A stretch of 64,000 bases of DNA from Bugula neritina (GCA_964035545.1 OZ037768.1:23345319-23409318); one strand, 5' to 3'; numbered from the stretch's first letter, positions 36,992-50,959 are shown. Notes: generated from the letters alone by a model not told the origin. A program made the numbers and translations.

Positions 36992-38661
36992 AAGGTATAA
37001 AAAGGTTTTAAAGATTGAGACTCATTATAGTGAGTAAACTTGTCGAGTTCCGGAAACATTCTCCACACACTTTCATTTCACATTTTAATGCCTAGTTTCG
37101 ATCATAGTATTTTATTGTCTGCCTTCTACCATGTGCTAAAAACAGGCTTTTGCAACAAGTTTAGTAATAAGAGTTTTAAATACCTTCAAGTTGTAATAAC
37201 ATTTCACTATATAGTTCACCTGTTCTGTTCATCTAATATAATAAAGATAAGTGTTGAGTATCAGTATTTGATAGTTTACCAGCTAACAACGTGTATGTAG
37301 TGTTCACTCACTCAGCGTACATATTATTTATTGTTTTATATTGTAGATGCATCTGGGAGTTGTCCCACCAGACTGAGTTCCAATCATCAGGTAATGCTGG
37401 ATTTAGGGACATCACTCTAACGTACCGTACTGAAAATCAAAGTTCCTCAACAAGATACACCAGACTAAGTAGTGTAACACACACAGTATATCAACTGAGG
37501 AATATATTTGTGTTTCCTGTAGAATACACACAGACTATTTAACAAACACTTTACATCTGTTAATATAAGATATATAGTTATATATTTATATATCTTGTCA
37601 CACTACTCTCCTTTACTATAGTATATACTTACACTGTAATAATATTCACCTATAGGATATAACTATATATAGTTATATCCTACAGTAGCATATATAGCTA
37701 TTCACCGAGATAGTATATATTATGTGATGTATATATTATAGTGGGATAACATTTATATAGACAGTGTTTTACAAAGCTGTTTTATGTTGTTTTGTTTTCA
37801 TTAAATATTTGCTTCGAATCATCCTTTCTAACTTTGAGTGAGATTTTAAATATATTATATCTAGCTTGTTACACGTACACACACACATATATAACACTTG
37901 AAGAATCAATATTTGCAAAATCTAAGGCTATGATATTTCCAGATCGTAGGCTGTGAACAGTCTTAGTAATCTTGTGCGGTAAAATACTTGCAAACAGCTA
38001 ATAACTTGATGAAATCATTATTGCGCAATTCTTTGCATCTGTTATATGTGACTTTAAGTGATCAATAAAACTTTTTGGAAAACATACTTTGTAATAAATT
38101 TTCCCTTTCTAATAATTACTATTGAACTTTAGTACCTAACTATAGGTTTAGAAGAGCTTTTTAAAGTATGTTGTTTTTATTCTGGCTTCACACAACCTAA
38201 GGGTTTCATGGTAAAAATGGCACAATTGGGAACCTAAGAGAGAGTCAATATAGCAATAATTGTATGAACAAGCTGCTGCTAAGGCAATCAGACTGAGACA
38301 TGGCCATAATTTTAGCCAATGTTTACTTTATAAGTGTACATATGCGTATTGCCTACCAGTCAGCTATTCATAGTTTTTACAGAAGCACAGTGTGTTAAGT
38401 TCATCAGGCTGTTGCTTAGCAACTTTCAAAGAGTCACAACTCACTATAGACGTAACTAGTTTGCACCTCGGCTATTCAAGTTTATTTTTATATTTAAAAA
38501 TACAATAGTTAGTCCTAATGCGTAATTGTTCAAGGATAACAATAAACATGAATAGCAATGATTATAATATCATATGACTAGTTTGTAATATATAATCTGT
38601 CACAGGTGTATAAAATATTAATTACAAAACACGTCTCAATCCCTTAACATTTATATCAAAC

Positions 38662-41600
38662 ATGGCTGAAGCTGGAGCAGATGGACAGACTCAGTGTGGG
38701 TTTTGTTTTCTTCAAGAAGGTTTGGAAGATCCCAAATCTCTACCCTGTGGTCATATTCACTGTTTACCTTGCCTTAATGGTGATTTTGGTGTTAACAATA
38801 TGCTGAGATGTCCTTGGTGTGGGTAAGTTATATTTCAACAACCTTTTACTGTAGGCCTACATAACTCAATAGCATAGCCAAATAATTCTAGCTTTGGTAA
38901 TTTTTTATATTTAAATTGATGTAAAGTAATAGATTTTGAGTGTAGAGAGTTGAAATTGTAATGAATATGTTATGCATGCTAGGAATAGCTGTTAACACAG
39001 TTTCTATCATACATATAGTGTAAGTATAATGTATGTTGTATTGTATATCTCAGAGTGATATGTAATGTGAGTATAGAGAGTCTACCTTCTGCTAACATGG
39101 AAGATAACTCCACACCTTGTGACGTCTGTATGAAGAAAGGAAAACAGAATGTATCAGCAGTAATCTACTGTACTGTGTGCCATAAACTCTTCTGCAGAAA
39201 ACACGAGGAGGTAGTTTTTCTGCTTGATTCGATCATAACATTATTTTTTTGAGATTACAATGTAAATTTTTCAGTTTTCAAAATTAAGCTGATCAGGCAT
39301 TTAGCTAAAAATACTAAGATGAGTTTTAGGATTATTTACTTTTTATAGTCTCATGATGACATGTTTGATGACCACCAGAAGATGGCCATTTCTAACTACA
39401 AAATACAAGCTAAAAGAATGAGAAGAAAATCTTGTCCTAAACATAAAGGACATGCTTTCACAATGGGCTGTAAAGCTTGTGTTAAAATATTCTGCATGAT
39501 GTGTAAGCCTGAGACAGAATCTTGTGTTGGTGGTAAGTGTCGTTCGCTATCATAGCACCTAGTTTGAATTCGGATAATCCCAGTGACTGCAGTAACTAAG
39601 TAGATACTAGTTGATACTATGTTAGTAGTTTGCCGGTAGTAGAGATATCAGTGTGAAAGAGTATCAAGCTCATTGTTCACATATTATAACTGTATAATTA
39701 TGCAGATTCAGCACATGAGATGATGAGTCTAGATGAACTGATCACACACCTCACAGATATAAATACACTGGTTACGGAAGAAGAAAAGACATCTGCCTTC
39801 TTTAAAGAAATATCCAAAACCATGTCTGACTTTGATACTGAAACCAGCCGTTTGTTGGAAATGCTTCACATTCAGCGTGATCAACAGGTGACTCCTAAAA
39901 TAAGTTTAGTTTTAGGTTTAGGTTAGATTTAAACTTTGAGAGCGAGTAAGTTTGACAAAAAAATTCTTAGGTTAGTTTCAACTTTTTTATTATATTTGCT
40001 AAATGAAAACAGCACTTCTTCTGTTTTCATTACCTAATTTAAAAAGCTCCTCCATTAACTAAAGGCAATTAACTTGAAGTATTGTTGTTGTTTTATGCAA
40101 TTAACTACTGCAAACACATGGTTGTATGCGTGTATGAGAAACTATAACATAACTCTTTGCATTTATTCAAGAGAGAGAACTGTGGCTATTTCAAGAAGTG
40201 ATAAATGTATTTACAAACTTAGCATTTAATTAAGAAAAGATATCGAAGCAAAACAGTAGCATAATGTAGTGGCTGTAGGAAGTATACCCCCCCCACCTCC
40301 CATGTGTTAAATACCTGCAACAGAAGTCGTGATATTATATTATATTGTAAAAATTCCAAAAGACGATAACTCTGTTAGCAATGCCGCAATCCTATTCGTC
40401 ACCGCACCACTCTGTACGTTGACACCACTAGAACCCTCACCGGCCAATCAGAGCCAACCTTTCAGATATAAACAGCACCTTCCGGCATCCAGCGTGGGTC
40501 GAAGGATAACTGTTATGCAGACTAAGATGATGTTGTGTAGCTGTTCTATATGTGCATTCTCTTGTAATATTTGGTGACTCTATTTGTATCTAATTAGACT
40601 TTAAATATAGTTCTGTTATAAACTCTAACTACTTCACTTTCTCTCTCAAACCTTGTAGTAGACCATGCAGCAGTAATTCGTGTATGCAATAATACCCCAC
40701 TCTCATAGTGCACAAAACTGCAACAATAACATCAAAACCATACATGAATAACAATACTAGCTAAATTTGTTTGGGTGCATGAATTGTCCTGCTTATATAA
40801 AGGGGCCTAATTCTGAAAGGCTCCGTGTGTTTCGTCTCCTTGTGGATAACGTATCCACAGAGGAGCCCGCTTAGTAGAAAGTGCGGAATCTTGTGAGAGC
40901 TGTCATGCAGTACACAGGTGTAGTCTCACATGTCATAGGTTTAAGATATAACAGTCTAGCTAATGCACTTTCAGCTAGACTTCAGCTGAGCTGCAGTCAC
41001 ACATTGCCAGCTGAGTAGATTATGGTCCATGTTGCAATGTTGGGGAGGGGTAGCATGATGTCTTCCACGGCCATTACAGTAGTTCCCCCAATCCTGCATG
41101 CTGTAACTAGCTAATTAAATACTTATTTATAAAACGGACAATTCACCAATAGACAATTGGAAAATAGACAATTAGAAAATAGACATTCGAAAAATAGACA
41201 TTTGCAAAATCACATTTGGAAAATGAAAAATAGGCAATGTGGACGTTCAGAATCCGGTCAAGTCTACAATAGTTTTTACCAATAAATCTAAAGTTCGAAT
41301 CAGTTAGACTTATTGTAGTATTTTGATTATTCCTACATATTATAGTAGTTTTGTGGGTAAAATGAAATTAAGTGGGGAGCATAACTCCAGTATAGAAGAA
41401 ACAAGGTAAAGTTGTAGTCCTGGGAGAAGAAATCTTTATTGTATCAAAAGTAGCGCATATAAGTAGGTCTGTATCCTACGAGCTCTAGTGGTAGACTGAT
41501 CTACTTTGTGAGCTGGCCTCTTTATATACAAAGCTTTTGTTATCAATCTTGTCTGAAAGTCAGTTGCTGATTGTCGAAATATATTTTGGCATCGGATCCC

Positions 41601-44600
41601 GATATTGGATCCCGACATTGGAACCTATTCCAACTTTTGTACTGAATCGAGTTACACAATCGTGAAACTGCTAAATGACAAGTATAAAAGTTTGAAAAAC
41701 AACTCCAAGTAAAAGAAATGTTATACTGTAATTGTAAATTTCTATTGCACGCACCTCCCATCGGAAATCCAGGGTTTCTGATAGAGAAAAGAATGGGGAA
41801 AAAGACACTGAGTATAATATAATATTTATATTAATTAGATTTCATCAACCACAAACATGCAGCCCGTGCGGCAGCGAGCTATGCGCTGGTGGCGCAGCAC
41901 ATAATCTCGCTGGTATGAGTACTCGCCAAACGGGCAAAACACATTGACGAAATGCTGTGGGGCATGCACCTACAGCTGTCGTGCAGATGAATACGTCTTC
42001 CTGCACTGGCGACATACGCGGTTGACCGACTCGCCGCAAGTTTCGCCAATCCAGAGGTAGGTCTCGTTTGTAGTCCAGTGTTGTCAGGCAGTCAAAGCTT
42101 GAGGCAAGGTCAACACTTTTATCTGGTCTTTTTTTGTGGGCCCACCATGAGATAACCTGATTTTCGCCCGCAGATAATTGAAGTTCCACGGGGTCAAAAA
42201 CAGGCTTACTTGTGATGGTGGGTGGCATCTCTGCTGGTGGAGCAGTGCCCTTCGGGCTAGCAGGAGCCAAACTAGAGGCCTGGAGAAAAAAAGAGCGCTC
42301 GGCCTCCTCATAGTCCATCTCAGTCCCTGCAACAGACAGTAGAGGCTGTGACTGACCGATTTCACTGTTGCCGACATCCGGCATCTGTTTGTCGGGTGTC
42401 CTGTTTGAGACTGGTGGTCGTGGTGTATCCCAGAGAGTCACCGAACCTCCTCCTGATTTAACAGGTAGTCGTGGAGTGATTCCTTCCTGAGATCCACTTT
42501 GATTTCAGCCTTTAGCAAGGCAGTTTCAAGTAAATCGATTGCAGGCCAACTAAAATGAGTTGGGCTATACTATGATAATAATTAAATACCTGACTGACTA
42601 TCGTGGTTTTGTTCAGGCAGAGTTACACCCATGTTATTCCCTGGTTCAGGAAAGACACATCTGGCCATTGTGGAATTATTAGTTTTTACTCGGCGACCCT
42701 TCAGTCACGTGTCCAGTCAGTAATTCCACCGAGTTTCAGAGGGACAACTCTAACCAACAAAGTCCCTCCGAAATTCGGTCCAGACTCTTTACTTTTCCAA
42801 GGCTTCTCTGGAATTCTGGAGAAAATTCTCAACAGGGTAGTTGAATATTTGCTCGTGCTAGGTGTACCACTTCTTGGAGAAGACAACTTCATGTGCCCTA
42901 CATGATAGTCAGCCAAACTTCCAGGTAACATCCTGGTTTTCTGACTTTTTCCAAGGGTGACTGGCTCCGTCACTCTTGGCTGCTCTACGGGTTCCGCAGT
43001 TGAGGGAATCTTGCCCCCGCCCTCTACCTGTGGGGCTGTTTGACCTGAAACCGAGGCTGGCTGTTCCAAGATTGTAGCTTGTGGGGGGATTCCAGTTCGG
43101 GGTATGGCTCTGTTGTCATGGGAAAAAGATCTCCCACTCCCTGGGTCACCTTCCCTCTAGTGTTTGGTTGACAGGTGGGCTCTAGGAGAGTGGGAGCTTA
43201 TCCAACCTTGTCTGGGTTGGCATGGTAGAGTTTCAGATGCTGCTCGCTCCGGACCAAACTTTGCTCAGAGCGTTCCACACGGTATTTTGTAGTTGGGCAG
43301 CGCTTCCACCACACAATAGGGTTCCACGAACTTTGGCTGTAGCTTAGCCGACTGTCCGCGTTGTCTACGGTAACAGTTCATCCAAACCCAGTACTTTACC
43401 TGGTATAGAGGTACTCCATCCGTACCTTCCACTGCTTCTCCTGCAGTGCATCATGAGCCTCCTCCATGACCTCAATTAACTTCCCCATGTACTCATGTAC
43501 TGGGGACTCGAGTCCAGGAACATGGTATGTAAAATGTTCTGGAACCTGTCTCTCCCGGCCGAGCATCAAGAAGTTTGGGGTTTTCTGTGTGCTTGAGTGT
43601 GGTGTGCTGCAGTAAGCCCGCACAATTTGTAGCAGCACCACATCCCATTCCTCGTAACTCCAACTTAAGAGTAAGCTCCTGAGGGCGTCACCCAACATCC
43701 GGTTGTTTTGTTCTACGACTCCGTTCCCTTGCAAGTGATATGGGACGATCCTACTCTGATTCACCCCCCATATTCAGCAGAGGTCTCCCATTAACTGAGA
43801 CTAAAACTAGGCACTCTAGTCCGTGTGTATCTGTTCCGGTAGACCAAAATAACGGAACATATGCTGATCCAGGGCCTGGGCCACTGTGAGGGCCGACGTG
43901 TCTGGAATTGCCAAAGCATCTGCCCACCAGGTGAAATGGTCCGTGAGCACCAGTATCCAGTTGTTCCCTCTGGTAGAAAACAGCATAGGCCCAGTAAGGT
44001 CCACTGCCACTACTTGCCAGGGTCGACCAGCATTTAGTCGGCGGCAACTCGTGGTTTCTGTGGAACGACCATGCTTACTAGCCAGGCAGATCTCGCACTG
44101 CCGTATCTGCAGTCGCATGCCCCGAGTCATTATGGGCCAGTACCATTGTAGCTGTAGACACTTGATGACCCAACTGGCTCCAGCATGAGCCTGTTTATGG
44201 GTGTCCCAGATCAGTTCTCGTCGGAGGGTGCGTGGACATACAATGCAGTTTCTCTCCTGCTGACGGTTGTCTGCTGCCAGCCTCATCGTCAGAAGGCTAT
44301 CCAGACTGACCTTTAGCGAATTTCAGTTGCGACAGAGTAGTTAGAACTCAATGTCTCCCTGCTGCTGCTGTTCTTCAGTAGGTTGTCGGCCTTCCTTCTT
44401 GTGCCGGAAAATGTTAGCTACTGCTCCTGGTAGCATCTCCTGGAGTCGGCACAGCTCCTTGATGTTTCGGTGCAGTGTGGAGTTGGCACGGAGTGCCTGG
44501 ACGTCATCGGAGTGGGTTTCGGTCTAAAGCCAGCCATGTTCTCAGCAATAAACATTACTCTTCTCCAACTGTGCCTTAACGTCAAGGCAAGTGGGTCTAC

Positions 44601-47600
44601 CATCCTGTCTCTTAATGTGCAGGCATTGCTTACAGTCCTCCATCGGCCGGTGGCTCATGCCATCTGCATTCTTGTGCTTCTTACCAGCACGGTGTTTTAT
44701 CCTGTAAGAGAACTCAGCAAGAATCTCCAGCCAACGAGCCACCTGGCTCGAGGGCCATATCAGTGATGCATGGTCTGTTTGTAACCTGAACGTTCTCTTA
44801 TACAGATGTGGCCAGGAGCGCTTGACCGCCTTAACTACTTCCAAGAACTCTTTCCTGGTAGTGCAGTAATTCTTCTCAGTGGCCGTGAGAGTCTTGCTAT
44901 AGTAAGCCACAACATCCTCACTTCCACCCGGAACTTGGGACAGAGCAGCTCCCACACTGTGGTTGCTGATGTTGGTGTCTAGAATGTAGTCTTTGGCTGG
45001 ATCAGGATACGCCAAAATTGGCGCCTCCATTAGCCGATGTTTGAGGTGGTCAAATGCCTGCTGTTCCTCCTGTGTTCACTGCCACCGGAACTTTCTTGGG
45101 GGTTAGCCGATTCAAAGACTGAGCCGCTGCTGCAAACCCCGCTATGTACTGCCTGTAGTATCCTACCAAGTCCAGAAATGCCCGCAACTCAGGGAGGTCT
45201 CGAGGACAGTCTACTCCCTTACAGCTTGCACCTTCTCCGGGTTGGTAGCGACCTTCTCATGGCCAACCACATGACCTAGGTACGTGACTTCCAGCTGTAG
45301 AATTGCACACTTGGAGAGTTTCAACTTTAGTCCAGCTGCCCAGAGGTGGTCAAAGACCTCCCGCGAACAACTGAAATGAGTCGTAAAGTCTAGGGAGATA
45401 ACAATGATGTCATCCAGATAGATTAAAAGGGTCTTCCAGTGTAGCCCACTGAAGACCTGCTCCATAAGTCGTTGGAAGGTGGCCGGCGCGGATGTAAGCC
45501 TGAATGGCAGCACTTTCCATTCCTAGAGCTAGTCACGGGTGATGAATGATGCTTTGTCATGTGCATCCGGACTGAGGAGTATTTGCCAGTACTCGCTAAG
45601 CAGATCCACAGGGCATCCAGAGACTCATCTATCCGAGGGAGAGGGTGAGCATTCTGGATGGTAACACTGTTGAACTTGCGGTAGTCCACGCAGAACCTCC
45701 AATTACCATCCTTCTTTTTGACCAAATCTACTAGAAAGCTCCACGCTCTGTGGGCAGGCTCAATCAGGTCTCGATCGAGGAAAATCCTGCACTCGCCGGC
45801 TTACCTCTTTTTCCTTCTCCCGGCCTAGACGTCAAGTTGGCTGTCTGATGGAGGCGGTGCTAACTGCCAAGGGTATTTCATAAGAGATAACCTTGGGCAG
45901 CCCCATGCCTGCGTCTCCACAACTGAAGTCATCACTGTACTCCATGAGTAGTTGAGCCAGTGCTTGGCATTCAGTACTACTCTTACAGTTGCTACACACT
46001 CCACCATACAAGTCAGCCAAGTGCTCCGGAACAGCTCTTCGACTGGCGCGAGGGGGGCATTTCCTGGGTGCTGACCACTGTTTCCAGTGCCGGCCCCACA
46101 TCAGTTTTCTGGATGGAATGGTACTTCTCCACCAGCGCCCCAATCAATAGCTTTACAGGTTCTGTGAAGGGGTTGATACACTGCACGAGGAGTTCTCTTT
46201 GACAGTCTAGCCAATTCAGGTTGTTCACCAGTTAAATTTCTTTGTGCATTCTCTCTATTACTCTCAAACCTGCGATCTCCTTGCAGTTGACCCTGCAGCA
46301 AAGAGTTGCCCGAGATTTTCCTGGAACCATGCAGTTCTGCACTACCTGGACTCTGTTCACCAAGGGCCTGCCAAATTTGTCAAAACAGACAAGCTCCTTT
46401 CCAACCATCACCACCGCTAACTTCTGGAAATCCATGTGACACTGATGTTTCTCCAGAAATGGCATTCTCAGGATGCGTCTTCTTTCAGCTGGCTGACTAT
46501 AAACGCCTTTGAATCACCTGATTACAGACGCGTCTAGGTAGTGTAATGATGCCGTAGACAGGAAAACATGATCCCTCCGCCAACGTACCATGTGCACCTT
46601 TCTTAAGCACACAAATAGTATGTTCTAGCTTTACATCACGCATAACCCACAACTTAGTAGTATCACTGCATAAAACTGCAATAACCAGTCTTCATTCAGT
46701 GTTTCTGTGACTTGGGAACTTAAAAAAATTACCAACTTTGTTAGGCCACTTGGTATAAAATTGACTATAGTTTTGGTAATTTGGTGAGTAGACTCTTTCC
46801 AGTATTTCATCACTCTGTGACATATTTTTATACCCAAATATGCAATTTAGGGTTATTGCTGCTCACCGAATAATATAATTGGGTTGTAGCCTTCAGGTGA
46901 GCTCGGGGTCAGTACACAGGCATGGGTCGCTTGGCTCGGCTGCGGGGTAACTTCAGCTCCTGTCAATCTGTACGAGTGAAGTTGAGACTCTGGGTAGAGG
47001 TATTTGTCTGTGGATGCTCCACAGTCAATCATGAGCTAGCGCTCACTCACATAGCCTAATATAAATTCTATTGTCTTCTTCTGCATAATCTTCAATCTCT
47101 TCATTCACTCTATCTCTCACTCTCTCCATCTCTTTCTCATAGACACTCACTTTTATACTTTCCACTTTTTATTAGGCCAGACCTACCCCACACTCACTAA
47201 TATAACTATAATATTACTTTGATGATAGTCAAACTCCGCTTTCTAGACAGCAGAGATATGAATTGAAAGCATTTATAATTTTAATCATTAATTTCAATTG
47301 ATTATGTAATTCAAATTGTAAAAAGTAAAGCAAAACTAAATGTAAGTGTCTCTATTCAGCTTACTGATATGGCTGTCTGCTGGTAGGACAATGGCAGTCT
47401 TAAGTCCAATGCAGACAGCAATATGCATACAGCCAATAGCGTATGCCAGCTAACAAAACTAAACCACTGTCAATGTTACCCACTAAATCTAATTATTAAA
47501 TTACCACTACAACAATAATATATCAATGTTTTTCTGGTTTAGTTGGCTGCTATAAAACTCAAGTATGACCAACTTGAAAAAGATTTCTTAGCTAACAGAA

Positions 47601-50600
47601 AGAAAGTCAGTGAAGAACTGAACAGATACATGGAGAGAGAAGTTGGAACTGTTTGGACTGAACTGAGTAACAATAGAAGGAAGATAGAAGCTCAACTTAG
47701 ACAAGATAACCAGGTGTGTTATACGGTCTGTGTGTTTGTGTATCAAATTTCAAGTATGTGTTTGAATAACTGGTATGTTACTATAACTTTTGTTTAGATA
47801 AAATGCAGCTTTTTTAAAACGCTGAGTATATCTTTTATCGCATTATCAAGTTTGCATTTTGTAAGATTAAGGGCGCTTTCGAATTCCCTACGCGTAGGGG
47901 TAACTGTAGGCCTCACGGGATGACCATTCGGTAACCATCATGCGTAGAGCTCAATTATTCGAGCAATTACAGTTAAGGTCGAAGGTCGTATTAAAAACGT
48001 GTTGCTCTACTCGATGGGTGCTACGTGCACCACTATGCGATGCATTCGGTAGCCAACGCGTACCCCATCAAAAAAAGAGCTCATCGAGGGGTACTCGACG
48101 GAGAGAAAGTGAGCAAATTCATCAATGAGCTCAGTAGGCTATGCGTAGGGAATCCGAAAGCGCCCTTAATAACAAGAAATGACGAGGTAAGAATTTTTTT
48201 CACAAACCCCAACTATCACTAAAAACTTTTTTTGCTTCTTTCAGTGCTAGCTCTTAAAAACCAATATAATGTTTCAATATTTTCTTGCACGCCAGTATCT
48301 TGTGCAATAGCATCGGGTTGCTTTAGTGCGGTGCAGTACTGTTATATTTTCACGGAAATACTGGGTTATGTCTGGAGAAAATGGAAACCATTTTTTATAT
48401 ATTCCTAAATTTTAACACACTGTCAGATTTCTAAAATTGGTTTAAGATATTCTGTGAAATATTAGCTGATGTGGTGGGTAGACTTGAAAAATTATTGTTT
48501 CAGTAATAGTTTTTATAGTCGTGTATTAAAAGAGATAGTATCTTACAGGTGGATCTAGTTGAAGGATCCAAAGCGATTAAAGATATGATACAAAGACTAA
48601 AGTCTGTTGAGTTGCCTGAGTTAGAACTGTGTAATATCATGTCTCTAGAGGTCGACGGTAAGTTAACATGGTTAGTCAAAAGAATAGACCCCTTTCACAA
48701 GTCCGGTAAAAAGCATTTATAATTTGAAGTTGTCTTCTTTCACCAGGTACATGGGGGAACCCCATGATAGACAGTAAGCACATAAAATCAGTAGAAATTC
48801 GAGGTTTGTGTGAAGACTATTGCATAGCATGAGCTTATTTTTCTCTAAGGCAAATATTTTGGCCTAAGCACACATTACCAGTTTCAGAAGTTTTTAAAAA
48901 AACTTTTTCTTGATAAATTTGAAGAAAAATAAACTTCAAAGCATTTTTGTGCCTTTGGTATTATTGAGCAATGCTGAAGCTGGCCGCTGTCATATGAATC
49001 CCACTAATCATTATTTTTCTTCAAATTTAGAAAAAAGTTTTATTTTAATTTCTTAGACTGCTTACATGCGTGCTTATGCCAAAATATTTGTCTCAGAAAA
49101 AAGCTCATGCTAGCAATAGTCTTCACACAACATTTAAATTTCTACTGATTTAATGTGCTTTCTATTCATTATGGATGTTTTTCCTAGTACCTGGTGGAGA
49201 CAACTTCAAATTAAAAATGCTCTTAAGACTTAAAGGGACGTGTGAAAAAGGTCTATTGTAATCACAAACAGCTCTTTTGTCTAACTTCTTAGGTAAGATA
49301 TATCTATACTACTATGCCATCTGCATGCTTGCTTTTTAGTTATAAAAGATATATATTTCTATAATTAATGTGTACTTACAGAAGAGAAGAGAAGTATAGA
49401 AGTGGAAATAGCCCCAGCAGCAGACATATCAATCAGCTCAAAGGATGGAATCACAAAATATCCTACTCCTACATCTTTCAATCTTTCAAAATCTGTTGAT
49501 GTTTGCGTAGGTTGCAGTTCTGTCTGTAGTTATGGGGGTAACACTTACGTTGGGGTCCAGCACCACAGTGGTGGGATAGTTAGAATAGATGAGGACTTTA
49601 ATGTTACTGAGTTAGTTACTATTAATGTTAGTGTGAGAGCAGTAACAGTATATAAGGATAAACTCTATGCTTTAAGCAGCTACAACTCACAAATGTTTTG
49701 GCAAGTGAGCATATATTCTCTTGATGGAAATCAGGTGACCAGCTGGACTCCTCACAGAGAAGAAAATTGGTTAAAAAATCAACTTGTGATAATTGATGAT
49801 CAGGTTGTCATTCCTGATAGAAGTAACACAAGGATCACAGTCTACTCTCTTGCCGGGGAGGTAGTAAAGTATATTCCATATTCTGTAACTAATAAAAACA
49901 ACACATGGTCTATATGTGCAGCAGACAGCCACTGTGTAGTGGTTTCTGATTCCTCTCAAGTATCTAAACTAGACCTGACAACAGAGCAAGTCATCTGGAC
50001 ATGCAAAGATGTGCCTAAGCCACAAGCTCTGACCTGCTATAGAAGTAAATATATTCTTGTGACCGACCAGAGCAGGAGCACTTCTGTCTGGGTACTGGAT
50101 GTTAAAACAGGTTAGTAATTAGCAGAAGTGTTAAGAGTTTTCACTGCAGCAAGGTACACATGTTGTGTTGTGTTGTTTCATACTTTACCTCATGTACTCA
50201 TGTTCTGATTTCCCAGCCTTGCTAGGTGTTCTCATATTTTGACTATTTCTAGCTTACCAATAGATTGCAGCTTAGCTTTGTGCTTTCAATTTCTATAGCC
50301 TAAATCTATGACTGCAGACCAATCTTTTCAAGAACTGCAAATAAATCGGTCAAACTTTGGGTTGATGATAAATTGAAATAAGTATACTTGAAAGATGCAT
50401 AAAATGCAGCATAGCAAAATGTAGTCATGCTTAGCATTACCGATTGGATGCTAAATCACTAGTCAAGCTGATGCTTGCATGGTGCCCCCAAATATCATTA
50501 ACTCTAACATAACTGGCATAACTCTACAACTCTGCCTTATTTCCACTACAGCTAAATTTATTAAAAAAGTATGCAGTACTTTTCAAAATTTTGTAGAATT

Positions 50601-50959
50601 TTCAACCTGTGAAAGCTGCATATGCACTTTCTTTATGCGTTTTGTTCAACTAAGTTCTCCTATACTTGAATACCAATGTAGATCACTGAATAGGTGTAAC
50701 GTTTATTATACATTATATACATTAATATACTAACCATGCTATTGCATTGTCTTTCATGTACTGTCGGCAGTCGTGTCATGTCATGTCGGCAATATACCTG
50801 ATTACATCACTTCCTGTTGTAGGTAAACTCTTGTCGGAGATATCAGATAATGAGGAGAGAGGGTCTTCTACATGTGATCTAGCAGTGTCTGGGGAGACCT
50901 TGATTGTACTCAAATCTGGATTTGGTGGCAATAAGGTGCTGTTTTACCGGCTGAACTGA
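38662..50959 (+). CDS. TRIM-like E3 ligase gene copy C, apparently intact (609 aa)
   Basis: Exons 38662-38822, 39054-39210, 39349-39532, 39706-39887, 47543-47713, 48549-48657, 49382-50110, 50823-50959; total 1830 nt, open frame, GT-AG introns. RING, two B-boxes, coiled coil and beta-strand-rich repeats (IPDRSNTRITVYSLAGEVV) of NHL-like type. Confidence 0.9.
40265..40725 (+). mobile_element. Solo LTR (461 bp)
   Basis: TGTAGTGG...CTGCAACA termini; 4-bp TSD ATAA at 40261-40264 and 40726-40729; internal CCAAT (40444) and TATAAA (about 40468). Confidence 0.7.
40730..46600 (-). mobile_element. Degenerate 5'-truncated Ty3/Gypsy element related to the element at 6483-11838, in intron 4 of copy C
   Basis: pol fragments on the minus strand plus a GC-richer 3' region; no LTR pair recognised; outer boundaries approximate. 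Confidence 0.8.
42700..46600 (-). pseudogene. pol: pol pseudogene (protease end, RT, RNase H, integrase)
   Basis: KKKDGNWRFCVDYRKFN, LPFRLTSAPATFQRLM, IYLDDII, YILDT...AYYSKTL...YCTTRKE, HKQAHAG...CEIC, VAVDLTGP, PEQIHTD, GNGVVEQNNR; gypsy domain order; multiple stops and frameshifts. Confidence 0.92.
47200..47511 (-). mobile_element. Candidate old LTR followed by a decayed PBS-like motif
   Basis: Minus strand starts TGTAGTGG at 47511 like the other LTRs here and is followed near 47200 by TAGTGAGTGTGGGTAGG; no partner LTR or TSD found. Confidence 0.3.
47871..48165. mobile_element. MITE (295 bp) flanked by TTAA
   Basis: TIRs GGGCGCTTTCGAATTCCCTACGCGTAG / CTATGCGTAGGGAATCCGAAAGCGCCC with TTAA on both sides; purine-start termini fit Kolobok-like better than piggyBac. 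Confidence 0.8.
48685..49255. mobile_element. Foldback element with about 245-bp imperfect inverted arms in intron 6 of copy C
   Basis: TAGACCCCTTTCACAAGTCC / GGACGTGTGAAAAAGGTCTA termini and continuous inverted similarity inward; absent from the homologous intron of B and D. Confidence 0.8.
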
